From: Lama guanicoe
Taxonomy: Eukaryota
Assembly: GCA_013239625.1 (NCBI GenBank)
Contig: MU054323.1
Span: 11,005,186 to 11,056,550 of the forward strand
DNA length: 51,365 bases
Reading direction: 5' to 3'
The notes below the pieces were generated by a model. It was not told the origin of the DNA, made no database searches, and saw only the letters and a list, made by a program, of their open reading frames with translations. Shown in pieces: positions 23,682 to 36,647 of the stretch (within the stretch, counting starts at the first letter, position 1; each line of letters begins with the position of its first letter). A program made the position numbers and the translations under genes.

Positions 23682-25599
23682 GAAGTCAGTCTGCACTCCA
23701 GTTGCAGCTATGCCGCTAACCAGCTGTGTGACACTGAGCAGGTGACTTATCTGTTTTCAAGTTCCTTTTCCTTAATGGGCTGTTGTGCAGATTAGATGAA
23801 GTGGGGATACAAAGCACTCAGCCCAGTGCCTAGCATTTGGCCAGCACTCGGGGTAAACCCTGTCTATCATTGACCAAGCTACCCAGAATCACTTTCTGGC
23901 CCTGAAGCCAGAATCCTGGGGCCTCATCCCTTTCTTCAGGCAGACCCCAGATTAAGCCTATTTTTCTTTCTATTTAAAGTTTCCAGCACCTTCATTACAT
24001 CTTGATTTTCTTCCCACATAGTATTGCTCACCACCCCCACCCCCACCCCCACCCAGGTCTGGCTGCTGAGTGGGAGATCACAATAGCAACTGTGGGGATT
24101 AAATGAGATAATTCATGTGAAGAGCATAGAGTAGGGCCTCAGGATAAGACCTTTAAAATACTCCTGTCCTTATCTCACCTTCCCCTTGTTAGCCATGGGC
24201 CTGGTTCATTTCAACAATTGCCAGAATCCAAGAAAGTTCAAGAGATCCCTGAATTTCACCCTAAAATCTAAGCTATGCTGAAAAGCTTCAGAGGCCTTCC
24301 TGGTTCACTTGTTCATCCAGTCAGCAAAGATTTGTGTCCCCCGTGCCAGACACTAGGCAAGACAGGAAGGAGGCCATGTGAATAGGACAAGCACAGTCCC
24401 TGCCCTCAGGGAGGCTGGGCAATAAAGGCAAATTACAATGAGGTATGAGGCACTGGGGTTGGGCAGGGACTCAGAGGGCTGTGCGGATGTGCAGCGGAAG
24501 AACCTGTGTCCCAGGACTGTCATAGTCAAACTGACACATGAAGGATGAGAACAAGAGTGAGTTCAGGCCAAAGAAAGGGGCAATGGGAAAAGTGAAGAGA
24601 ATTCTCAGCCTGAGTAAAAAGATCAGTCAGCATGGCCAATCCCAGGACTCAGAGAAGGAGGGAAGACAGAAGTAGAAGGATGTGGGGAGACTGGGAGGGA
24701 AGGTAGGATCCAGGACATGCAGGACCTTAAAAGTTTTCATAAGGATTGGACTTCCTTCTGAGGGTGATGAGGAGCCCCAGGATCACTTTTGCATTTGGAA
24801 AACTCGCTCTTTTATTCCTAAGGGTAAAGCTAAGCAAATGTCATCTACCCCTTCTTTTCACTTAATTTTTCAGGAAAGGTGGAGTTAGGATGGAGCCATT
24901 GGGATGAAATACAGGCTGTTTAGGCAGGTAAACCTCATTCCAGAAGACTTCTAGACCAGGAAGCCGGACTTCAAACAGCGTATCAGGCAAGACAGCACAT
25001 TTCTTCCCAGCAACCCTCCCCTAAGTGAGGGAGAGGATTGGCGTGGGACTCTGCCCCCAGACCCCAGATGGTGAGGACTGGTTGAGCTAGCAGCAAGCCA
25101 GCTGCAGGGCCTACACATGCCTCCTTTTTGTATTTATAGCTAATTTTATTGCTAGTTTTTGTATAATTAGTCAACAAATCCAGCTTATTCTAACTCCTAT
25201 GTATTTCTTAAACCCCTACCTTCTGTATTGGTTGATCTGTCATGATTTAACCAAAATGGCCTCACTGTTTTTGAGAATGGGTGGATGGATGGGTTAGGGT
25301 TGTGAAGGAGTTATATATAGAAAAGGAGACCTTGTTCCAGTCTTCACAGAATTTATAATCTTGTGAGGAAAGGGGGGAAAATAAATTCAGTAGAAGGACA
25401 GTGACAACCTCTCACTTCATGGGTAGGGAAACTGAGGCTGGGAATGCAGGGAGCCATTTGCCCAAGAATAGGATGGAGTCAGTGCCAGGGTCAGGCCTGG
25501 AGCTCACCAGACCATGCTGGCTATCTCTCACACAAAAGCCTCAGGGAAGAGCCTGTCTCCCTTCCCTGCTCTGTGGGAGGCTGAAAGTAAGTCATGGGC

Positions 25600-26070
25600 C
25601 AAATTCCTAGCCACAGTCCACCAGCCCTGCAAGAGCCCCCACTCCAGTCATTCAGACCATCCTTCACTTCTTCAAGCAGTCCAAGTTCATTCCCACCACT
25701 GCAGAGCGTTTGCTCTTATGGTTCCCTCTTGCTGGAATGCTCTAACCTCCCAGTCATTATTGGCTTCCCCTTCCAGGTGCAGCACAAATACCACCTCCTC
25801 CGAAAGGATCCCCAGAAGACCATTCCTGAAGTGACCCCACACCCACACCCCAGTGGGTCTGTGACCTATCATCTTCATCGTATTTAGCCACCATCTGACA
25901 TAATACTGTTCAGTTAGTTCCCTCTCCCATACCCCAAGCCCTGGCCCACAGATTGTAAACTCCAAGAGGCTAGGGTCTTGTCTGTTTCATGCACTGCTGT
26001 GTCCCCAGTCAAGGAAGGAGGCCTAGCACATAGCAGGTACTCAATAGCCTTAGAATAGATAAATGAAAGA
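25600..26070 (+). mobile_element. LINE-2 3' end
   Basis: agattgtaaactccaagaggc...gcctagcacatagcaggtactcaata. Confidence 0.75.
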
Positions 26071-26387
26071 AAAGCTTTAAAAACAAATTCATGCCAAATA
26101 GACATGGAAATTATTATTTGTGATTTACTAAACTGACAGCTGGTATAGTGGAAAGAAGACCAGGTTGAGTGGTCATAAGACATAGGTTTTAATCCTAGAT
26201 GGGCTTTTTTATGGCTGTGCTGCTCAATGCCCTGAAAATTCTGAGTCTTAGGCTGGTTTGTTGCATGTTAAAGAAAGATAGCAATGCCTCACACATCAGT
26301 GATGGAAGGATCAAACTAGAGAGTACATATTAAAATGCTTTGTAAACTATAACTACAAAGTGTAAATAAATATATTATTTTAACCTT

Positions 26388-26845
26388 TGTTGACTGGAAA
26401 AAAATGCACAACCTAAAATTGAGAATCATGTTTCATTCAGCACACATACTAAGGACTTAAGCCTGGGAAACAGTCTCTCAGATAGTTCTGAGGGAATGTT
26501 GGGAAGAGGGAAGGGAGAAATCAGGATATACAGGGGTTTTTGCAACAAAAACCAGAGAGTCAGAACATCAAAAGATTACTGTTAATTAAAGAAAAACCAG
26601 ATAGACATCTCAAGTTAATTAATTTAGCGCTTTTCTATGTGTGGGAAAATTCAACAGTCTAAGCTCATTGAAATCATTCCTTTGTTATGAACCTTAACTA
26701 TCTAGGCCAGCTTCCTGCTGTTCTCCATCCTGAATCCCCTCAGGGTGTACAGTTGGGGGAGGATGGTGGCTGCGCAGTGGCTGATGGCTTGAAGGCTGCA
26801 ACATCCTCTGTTTACTGATATGGCAGGAAACATCTTTTTTCTACT
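26388..26845 (-). mobile_element. MER41-like ERV1 solo LTR (cetartiodactyl type)
   Basis: tgttgact...atgcacaacctaaaattgagaa...gctcattgaaatcattcctttg...tgtttactgatatggcagg resembles MER41_BT-type consensus as recalled. Approximate 4-bp TSD cctt/cttt. Confidence 0.7.
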
Positions 26846-27881
26846 CTTTACAAAGGAAATTACTACAGTATTTACTTATATAAGTACTTTCCCTATCCTA
26901 TTTATAATAGGCTTCAACTTAAAAAACACTGATTTAGAATCAACATTTCAGAAACTCATCTAGTACATAAATGGAATCAAAATCTACAGATGAGGGCAGA
27001 GTATATAAATTCTGTCTATTCTTGGACCCTGTTTTTTTTTTTCACACTTTGCCCACTGACAGCTGGCTTCACTTTTGAACAGTCTATTTTGCTGGACTAA
27101 TTTCTTTTTAAAGAGGCTTTCTTCCTGTTTATACCTATATGTTCTTACAAAATTTTTAGAAAACACTGAAAAGTATAGAGGAAAACAAAATCACCTGTAG
27201 CCCTAACAGTCTAGGGACACCCAAAGTAAATATTTTGAAGTATTTTCTCCGAAATTATTTTTAAAACTGAAGTTGCATCTGACAGTCTCGTTTTGTACAG
27301 AGAGTAGAGTGAGTGTGCTGCATACATAATAATGGCTCTGCTGAGCAGCCTGGTACCCTGGTGAGCAGGAGGCAGATGGCACAGAATGATGGGAGAAGCA
27401 CAAGAGTTTGATTCTGACTCTGCTTGGTAGCTTATAGATTTGGGGCAAGTTATTTAATCTCTCTGAGCCTCTTACCCCATCTGCCAAATAATAATTCCTA
27501 CCACACTGAGTGGTTGTGAGCATGCAATAAAATAAAATATTTAAATTGTCATAAACTGGTGATACTCAATAAATTATACTCATATTATTAATACTATAAG
27601 CAACGATGTCTTTAAAGGTGGCAGCTCCATCTTACAGCAAGAGAGTTGAAATTGAAGCAAAGTTGGCTGGAGCCAGACACAGTGGGATAGGACAGGGTAA
27701 GAACTCTGCACTCCTTGTCCAAAGAAAACTTCCCATGTCTGAGGCTTACCCTTGAAAACAGTGATCAAAATGAGAGAAAATCAATGGGAACCAACAACCC
27801 CCAGATCTGACTACAACTTAAGGACAGTGATCAGAGCTCTCTGTCACTGACTCAATGCAGGGAAGTACATGTGGTCAAAGC

Positions 27882-28286
27882 TGTGATGTGCCACCCAGAG
27901 TGCCCTTCAGGATGAAGGACTGGTTTCCCAGCTGCTGGAGTACTGTCAGCAGACCACCTTCAGCTGTCAGCCCCTCCACGGGTGACCTCAGTGAAGAAAG
28001 CTGACCTGCCAAAAGTCACATCCATTTTTGGGATGACCCACATCCTGTGACTGATGCCTGTAGGGGTATAAAGGCCTAACCCTCTTTTCCCAACTCAGGA
28101 CAGCTCTGAAAGTCCATCCCATCTTCAGAATGCTCTGTCAGGTGGACTGAGGCTTCCATGGGAATTTGACATCTCCATCTACGCCATCCAGCTCCCTTCC
28201 CTTCTCTTCCCCGGTGCCCCCTACTGGCCTTCCTACGCAATAGCTCCATCTCAGAGCCTGCTTCCAGGAGGAGTCAGCCTGGGACA
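27882..28286 (+). mobile_element. LTR16-like ERVL solo LTR
   Basis: TG...CA ends, TATA (ggggtataaaggcc), and ctccatctcagagcctgcttccagg near the 3' end. Confidence 0.7.
28214..28227 (-). promoter_or_regulatory. CTCF core motif
   Basis: Minus strand CCAGTAGGGGGCAC matches CCASYAGRKGGCRS at all 14 positions. Confidence 0.6.
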
Positions 28287-28424
28287 GAAGCCTCCCCTCC
28301 TCCCCTCCTCACTTCTCCCAGTGCAGTCACTACTTCAGGGCCTGGGGGCTTCCTGAGGAAACAAAGGACTGAGCTGACACTAGACTACTTCATTCTTACA
28401 TTTTACTTTTTAAAAATGTTACAA

Positions 28425-29680
28425 GAGGGCTTCTGCTTCTAGGAGGATGGATACTTTTCCCTATTTGTCTTGCTAAATACAACTAAAAACCCTGGACATT
28501 CTATATATTACAAACAAAAGACTCTGAAGGTGGAGAGAAGAAGAAAGACAAGCTAAGGATCTTGGGACACAAAGAATGACCTCACTGAGTGTCTTGAGTT
28601 TCCTTTTTGCCTCATCTATCCCAGACCTAGAGCTGATGAAGCCTGCAACTCATAAATGGAAACAAGCACACGTAAAAAATCCAGCACCAAAAGCCTTCTT
28701 TCTCCAGCCAAGAAAAGTACAGTCTTGCAAGAGAATCTTTCAGACAATAACCACTCAACTCCAGCCAAATACCACTGGAAAAAACTGTGGTCCCTTCCCC
28801 ACCCTCACCAGCAAAGGGAGACTAGACCTCTACCCTCACCAGACTGTAACAGGGTGCCCAAGCCCCCTTCCAGGGTGGTGTCAGAGAAGGCCACATGGAA
28901 GCTAGAACTTCCCTATTTTCCTTCCCCACCCCACCCCCCACTATCCAGACATGTGTCAGTGGAGACCACAGGGGGAGCCTGGACTTCTACTTCCATCCTG
29001 CAGTAATGAGGCCTCCCCTCCTCTCATCGGTGGGCTGGTGTCAGAGGCTAAGAGGAGGCCTAGTGGAGAGTCAGGACCTTCACAATTGTATAATACAGGT
29101 CATGAAGGGGGTCTAGAACACCCACCTCTTTGCAGCAGTAAAGAGGACTCCTCCCCTTCAGGTGTCAAAGGAGGTTGGCTGAGTGGAGAATCTGGGCTTC
29201 TAACCCTACCCCTGGCAAAATGAGGCAGCAGCTCCCCCTTCATCTGCCCACACTAGATTTTATTTGACACCTGCCAGAGTGGTGTTAGCAGAAGCCAGCT
29301 AAAACAAAAGGCTTATACAAGATTCAGTCTCAAAACATAAAACCACAAAATAAACAACTTACGGTAGAAAATTATTCATCACACCAACAACCAGGAAGAT
29401 CTCAAACTGAATGAAATAAAACAGTTAATACATGCCAACACCGAGAAGACAAAGATGTTAGAATTATCTGGAAAATATTTTAAAGCAGCCACAATAAAAA
29501 TGTTTAAGTGAGCAATTATAAGCACATTTGAAACAACAACAAAAAAATTTGTAAAGCATCTAAATAGAAGTCATAAAGAGGAAACAACGGAAATTTTAGG
29601 ACTGAAAATCACACAGTAACAAATAAACACCAATGGATGGGCTTACAGCAGAATATACAAGACTATAAAAAATCAGTGAG
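28425..29680 (+). mobile_element. Old L1 5'UTR/ORF1 fragment
   Basis: aactaaaaaccctggaca...actctgaaggtggagagaagaa; ORF1 lead-in agatgttagaattatctggaaaatattttaaagcagcc. Confidence 0.7.
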
Positions 29681-30679
29681 CCTCCTCTTGGAGGACCTGA
29701 ACTGACCCACAGAGAGTATCTGTGACTATGTGATGGAGGGACAACCTGGCTGGGGCTTAGCACGTCTGATTACTAGACCCATGCCATCTACTATGGGGTG
29801 GGGAGATTTGATGCATCCTCCCCAGTGCTTAGTCCCAGTTTTTGCTATTATGTTCTGGTGAGGAATTCAAGGACCATGATACCTTGATGATGAGAATACT
29901 ATGGGGGTCTGACTGATTACAGAGTGGCAGTGTGCCCCATGAGACTGTGCTACCACTCTAATAACCCACCAGAGGGGGCGACAAAATCACTCTCTTGCAG
30001 AACCTCGATTTCCTCTTGTGAAAATGAGAGTTTGGCTACGTAATCTTCAGTTTCCTTCAACTCTATAGTGCCATAAACTGAATTTGTTAAAATTTCGGAT
30101 TTGTGGATGTGGCATTTATTATCAAAGAGAAAGATGGATTTTCTTTACTAACCAATAAATTTAAACACAGGCATGAGTCTTTCTCATGAACAGGGCAGTT
30201 ATTAATCCCAGGCAGAGGAGAGCAGGAATAAAATGGATAGGAAAGAGGGGAACACTGAGACCTTGGGGTGCTCCTGTGTTCCTGCTGGAAGTAGAGGTTG
30301 CAGAGATCATAACCCATATTTAACTGCACTGACTTCTTTTTTTAAAACTATACAGGTTTTACAGACTCTTTATTTAAAAAGTAAATCAGTACATAGGGGT
30401 CAAAGTTAAATAGCTTAAGGGTTATCATTGTTCACAGTCTGATGTTTCTCTTTTGAGACCTTTCTCTCTTTTACACAAGCTCATATTTCCACTTATATTC
30501 CACATCTTCTCTTTTGAATTTTAGAAATTGTCAAAGAAACAGAATTTTATTGCAAACAAAAAAAATCTTTTTAGAAGACCCAGACGCTTATGGAAAAAAA
30601 GTGTAAGTCCTGCCTCATCTCTCTCTAATTCCTGTCAACTCGCAGCGGGGTAACACGCACAAGGAATATACAATCACCA

Positions 30680-31550
30680 ACTTGTTATCTTTACTTGTAT
30701 TCCAACTGAGCATCTCAAATTTAAGTCCAAAATGGGCTTAAATGATTCTTTCCCCACCTTCTCTTCCCAAACCCATTCTTTGAGGCCCAGGTTTTTTCCT
30801 ATCACTAAAGGACCCCAACATTCATCTTGTTGCTCAGGCTAAAATCTGGGAGTCAGCCTTGGTTCCTCTCTTTCCCTCACACCCCACATCCACTGTGTCG
30901 GTAAATCCTGTTGACTCTGTTTTCAAACTATCCCAATTTGCCATTTTTCACAGTGTCTGCTATCATAGCCACGGTATAAGCCACCATCCACTCTCACCTA
31001 GATTACTACATTTACTTTTTGACTGATCTCCATGCTTCCAACAGCAATCAGAGGAATTGTTTTAAGATGCAAAATGAAAACAAGGTTTAAGTGACTTCAC
31101 TGACTTTCCATTACACTTGGAATAAAACTCTATACCTAAATGCCCCCATGTGCTCTCCCCCACTTTCAAACCCCTTCCTTTCAATCCCTACACCCCAGGT
31201 TCACTAGTCTTTCTGGATATATGAAGCCCCTTCCACACAGGGGCCTTCAATTTTCTGTCCCCTCTGGGACATTCTCCTTCAGTAGCTTGGTGCTCCTTCT
31301 CAGATATCCCTTCTTACACCACCTCAAATAGCCATCTCACCCCTACCCAACACACTGCTTAGTTCTCTTCAAGGCACTCACAGTAACCTGCAGGTATTTA
31401 ATCACTTCCTTGTTCAGTTTCTCTCTCACTAAAGTCCATCACCCATGAGTGGCACACACTTGATCTTAATCAGCACTGCATCCCTAGTTTCTAATGCAGT
31501 GCTCGGCACGTAGTAAATGCTCAGTAATTATTTATTGAATGGAGGAATGA
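30680..31550 (+). mobile_element. LINE-2 3' portion
   Basis: ttgctcaggctaaaatctgggagtcagccttg...gtgctcggcacgtagtaaatgctcagtaattatttattgaatgga. Confidence 0.8.
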
Positions 31551-31894
31551 AAACATATATATGTATCCAGGTTTTTTTTAAAAATAATGGTTTTATGCTT
31601 TATTTACTCTTTTTAAGTTGCTCTTTTTACTTAAAAATATTACACAAACACCATTCTATGTCAGTGCATATAAATCACATCCTAACATCATACCATGTTT
31701 AACTATAATTTATTGAACTATTTCCCCACTCATAGACATTTAGATCATTTCCAGGTTTTTTGTTTTGTTTGTTTGATTGGTTTTGGTATTACAAATAGTG
31801 CTTGAAAGAACTCTCTTTTACATATACTCTTGCACCCTTGGATAAGTGTTTGCAAAGACTAAGTTCAAAGAAGTAGAATTGTTCTTTCCTGACT

Positions 31895-32385
31895 TTAAAG
31901 AGAGAACTATGGGCTGGGAGAATAAATAGGGGCTTCATTTCAGAAGACCTGTATTTGAATCCAGCCTTTGCCACGTGCTTAGCTCTCTGTGACTTTTGGA
32001 GTCATTTTGAGACTCAGTGTCTTGACCTGCAAAATACCGTTTACACGTAAGGGATAGTGAGTGTATAACTAACAGTCTTCTAGAATGCAAAGTTCTGTGC
32101 AAATGGAAAAATTATTTATCAGGTTGTGTGGCAAAGCAGTTAAGAGCCTGGGCTCTGGAGCTGTACTGCTGGAGTGGCTATGTAGGTTCCACTGTTTACT
32201 GTGTGCCATGGGCAGATTGCTTAACTTTTCTATGGCCTCAGTATTGCCATCTTTTTATGAGATGAGGATAACGAAAGAAGCCATCCCAGAAAGTTGTTGT
32301 GAGGATAAATTAAAATATGGATAAAATACTTAGAATACTGAGTAGCACATAGTAAATACTATATAAGTACTATCATTGTTATTGT
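31895..32385 (+). mobile_element. Two MIR SINEs
   Basis: tttgaatccagcctttgccac; gggcagattgcttaacttttctatggcctcagt...gttgttgtgaggataaatt. Confidence 0.7.
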
Positions 32386-33839
32386 TGTTCTGATTTATTT
32401 GGGACCATATAAAACATTACTTCATGAAGAACACCTCACTAAATACTTCTTGATGCTTCTTTTTGTTTAAAAAAATCCTCAAATCTTCATAAATTATAAA
32501 AATCTTTCCCCCTTGTCATTTCCTTCTCTTTACCTTTATTAAGTTTGTCATTGTTTTCAATTTGTTCATGTGTCACACAAAATACCACATATGATCTACT
32601 CTATCTTCTACATATGTCACTCAAAAACTGGAAAAAAGAAGAAAATCCTAGTATTTCTCAATGATTTCTAGAGAGAAAAAAAACCCATTGACATAATGGT
32701 GCTCTGAGAAAATCCAAAAAAAGAAAAGAAAAGCTGCCAGTGTATTATACTTCTGTGTACCATCACCAAAAGGCACTGGTTATTATTCATGGTATGTTCA
32801 TCTTGAAATTCAGATGGCACATCCATGAAAGACACAGCTCAGCCCTGCTTGAAGTCTTTCTGCAGAATTCCCACTGAGCTAAGCTGTGCTAGTGAAACAG
32901 AGCTGTCACAGTGGGTATGGTTAACCCTATTTGCCTGGTACATGTTAAATGACATGAGGTTTCCTAGGAACACAATGGAACACAATGGCCATGGCACTGG
33001 GGAAAAACAAGGCTGTTTACAATTTGATAAACAAGCACTGATCTATGTTTCTGTCTACTGTGTAGTCACTATTTGAAATCTTTGAAATCCTGTATCTCAG
33101 TGGGCTCTTTTCTCTTTTCTTTTTTTTTCTTCTTTCCAGTGAGTGATTAGTTTGCCCATTCCCCAAAGTCCATTTTGAAGCCAGAGAACACATCTGCAGA
33201 GGTCAAAATTTTGCTAGCCATGAGCCACCTCCAAGATTGCTAATATAATTACAACCTTTGCCAAAACAAAGGGCTTTCTGTGAATTCAATAGGATGAAAT
33301 CTTTTCAGATCAAAGCTTATTCAGCTGTCACTGGTTAAAATTCAGAATTATAGTAAGGATGTAAAAGCATTGTGGCGACGTCAGACATTTCTGCTTTATC
33401 CTGACAGTCATCCAAAGATCATTAATGTAACTACTGAGGAAATTATAATTTAATGAGAGGCAAAACCTTCCATCTTAAGTGTTGATGACGGTTAAGAGAA
33501 TTAACTACCCTTTTCAACAAACAAATCTCAGACTTTGAGGCAAAAAATTGCCATGGAGAAGACTGCATTTTTTCATCGTTTTGATAATCACTTCCACTAC
33601 AAAGAAAAAATTCAGAGAGTGTTTTCAGACACACTTGAAAAATCTTTCTATAGGAGTTTCTATATGCCCAGACTCAAACGGTTTGGGCTTTGTAAGTAAA
33701 AGGTGGCACTCTATAAGGAGGGGCAAAAGTAAGCAATCTCAAAGAAATTACATGGTGCTTTTAAGTAGTGACCTGCTCCGCCTCTAAAAAACAGCCTCTT
33801 GTTTTCATTTGTTATCACTGGGCCTCAGGAAACTAGGCC

Positions 33840-35480
33840 CCAGCCACCACCTGGTGACGCTGATGACGCGCGATGTCTCACAGCAGCCGCAATTAGAAAG
33901 GCTGAGCGGTCGCCTTTAAGAAGCTGACTCACGTGGATGCTGTGTTGTGCGCTCTCAGCTGGGAAGGGGCTGGATTTTAGGTCTCTCCACATTGGCCGCT
34001 TTGGGAGAGGGGACAGAGTTAGCCTCTTTGATTGGCTCTGAGAGTCCGGGTCAGGGGCGGGGCTAGCTGCCGGGAGATTGCCCTGGGTCCGCGGCTTCTG
34101 GGAGGGGTGGGCCGCGACTCGAAGTGGAGCAGGAGTGGGGGAGGGTGAGCCAGGGAAGGGGAGGGGCCCAGCGGAAGGGGCAGGGTGCCCGGGAGTGGGC
34201 GTGGCCTAGAAATGAAGGGTGTTCTGGGCCAACCGGGAGAGCCGATTGCTGGGGGGCGGAGCTACGCTTGGTGATTGACGTTGAGGCCCAACCAGGGAGA
34301 GGCGGGGCCAAGGCCAGGGCCTGACTAAACCTGGAAACTCGGGTGGCCGAGGGTCTTTATTCCAGCTGAGGAGCGAAGAGCCGTAGGCGTCAGAGGCTCT
34401 CACAGCCGCTTAGGGTGAGTGAGGAGGGCGGGGGCTGGGTCCGGGACCCGGTGAGAGCTGAGGTGTCCCTCGGGGTCAGGGTCCCGAAGCACTCGGGAAT
34501 CGGCCCGGGGCGGGGGGCCCAGGCAGGAAGTGCCTCTTCCTCGGCGCGCTCCCCCTGGGGTCCCAGCGCGGTCGTCCCCGGCCCCTCTGGGCAGGCCCCG
34601 GCGGCGGGGCTGCGGGCCGACGAGCTGGCCTGTTTCCTCTTTGTGAGGCCCAGGCGCGGTGGCTGCCGTCGGCCCGCCCCCGCCGCGCGACCGGCGCAGC
34701 CTCAACAGCCGCGACCCCCAGCTCGGGGCCCGTGCCCTCCCGCCCCGGAGGCTCTTGCACGTCGCAGCTGAGGCCTCTGGTGCCCCCTGGGCAGGCAGTT
34801 TGGCCAGCGACCCCGCCGCCTCGGCTGCCCCGCCCCCACGGGCCACGGCCCCACCGCCGTGTTGGGGGCGTTCTCCAGGCTCCGCGCCGCCGCGGTCGCC
34901 CCGGAGGCCTGCGACCCCGGCCCCAAAATGAAGTCGGAACTCGACTCCGAGTTGTGGGGCCGTGGTTACGCCACGGCGTGGCCCGTCTTTCAGAAGGGCC
35001 ACATCCCCGGCCGACTGGCACTTGCCACGGGAGGGGAGCGTTGTTGGCTTTTGTTTGCTGCCCCGCAAAGGGTGGATGTCCGCCAGCCTGCCGTCCTGCA
35101 CCCCGGCAGACCCCCAGGCCGAGGGAGGGGTCTCCGCCCGCTTGGCGGAGGGCGTGGCGCGACTGTTGGGCAGCCCTCGGGCGTCCAGGGCCGCGGGGCC
35201 GCCCGCTCAGCTGTTTCCGGCCCGTGTTTGTTGTGCCGGAGGAGGCCCAGCTGCGCTGCGCTAGGGTCCCGGCCCCTCCCGATTGGCCCGTGGCGTCACG
35301 TGCCCACAATCAGCTGGGGCCAGCCGGGGCTGAGGGGCCTAGGCGGCTGCGGCAGTGCGCATGGGGCGCTGGTGTAGCCTGGCCGCCTCCTGCCCCATGG
35401 CAAGTCCCGCGTCCTTGCTCTCCTCGCAGGTGGGAGGGTAGGCGCGCTCTGGCCGCCTCTATTCTACGCTCCTGTTTAGG
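33840..35480. promoter_or_regulatory. CpG island / YPEL5 promoter
   Basis: Very GC- and CpG-rich. Reverse CCAAT boxes (ATTGG 33991-95, 34031-35), GC box GGGGCGGGGC 34054-63, half-CREs TGACG 33855-59 and 33864-68, AP-1/E-box TGACTCACGTG 33925-35. Confidence 0.92.
34300..34414 (+). other. YPEL5: YPEL5 non-coding exon 1 (5' boundary approximate)
   Basis: Lies in the CpG island downstream of CCAAT and GC boxes. Ends in a consensus donor AGG|GTGAGT (GT at 34415-16). Resembles the human YPEL5 5'UTR as recalled. Confidence 0.8.
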
Positions 35481-36621
35481 TAGGCAGGACAGTGAGTATT
35501 CCTTACAGCTGGAATTGAAAAAGTGAGATAACTACAAAGATCTGTTTAATCCGGACACCTATTAATGTCCTCTTGCAAGGAGAGTCTAGGAAGATGTACA
35601 GCTCATTTATTTTTAAACTTTTTTCTTTTCGAAGAGCCCTGTTGGTAATCTGAGGACTTTTATTCCTATGTCCTTGACAGATGGAAAACCTGAAGTAACC
35701 TCAGGCTAACCTTGTGTTTTTGGAAAATTAGATTTGCTGGTAAAGTAACCGGGGGTAATAGGATATTAGCTAACTGCGCAGTCGCGTATACAGTAGTGCA
35801 GCTGTCTTCCAGCAAAGAAGGACCAAAAACGCATGCAGTGTGTCCAGGGTACATATTTGTGCTAAGTGTGAAGTGTCTTGGACTCTAAAAAAGTTTATTG
35901 CATACTTTTACTGTGTTAAGTAAAAAGGAAATAGCAAAGAATTTATGATCTTTTCTTTAGAAGCTTACAATTTTTAGTAAAAGGCCATAGGCAAATGAAA
36001 TTGGGTAACAGTACAAAGTTAAATATTAGCAAGTATTGTAAGAGTTCAGAAATGGGGCAGTGAGAAATGAGTAAGAGTGAAGTAGGAAGCATTCTAGAGT
36101 GCATTGGTATTGATTAAATCTAGAAAATGAAGAGGCTTTGGGTTGCTATTGGGCAGACAGGCCTAGGAGGGAAAAGGCCTACAGCCTTCACAAATAGTGA
36201 GAAGGTGGAGCTTGTGGAATTTGGCACACAAAGTATTTCCATGTCCCATTATCTTTCTGTGTTTGTACTGGAGTACCAGGTAAGATGTCATGCTCCTTGG
36301 AAAGATCTGCTGTCTACCTTTATCATATTCTCACCCAGCTCAGTGCCCAGTGCAGGCCTACTGATAGGCTTTTTTTTTTTTTAAGTTTATCTGTGGCAAT
36401 CATCTTATGTATAGGAGAGAGTGTTGATGAAATGTACTTAAGTAAATTATTTAACTCTATCCAGGGAAACTAAATTGGATTTTAACAATTTTTCTAAAAA
36501 GATTAGTAAAATACATGTTGCTTCTGAAATATCTGGTTGAATCACTGTGGATCTTTGCCTAGCTTGCCTTTTCTTTTGCCCTGCTTAAGTAGTAGGAGGG
36601 CAAAAAGGATTTTTAAACAGT

Positions 36622-36647
36622 AAAAAAAAAAAAAAAAAAAAAAAAAA
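36622..36647 (+). repeat. Poly(A)26 tract
   Basis: 26 consecutive A residues. Confidence 0.95.

Noticed and set aside
34400..35526. Long 172-277 aa ORFs on both strands
   Set aside because: Low-complexity G/P/R/A-rich translations typical of CpG islands, overlapping in several frames within YPEL5 intron 1.
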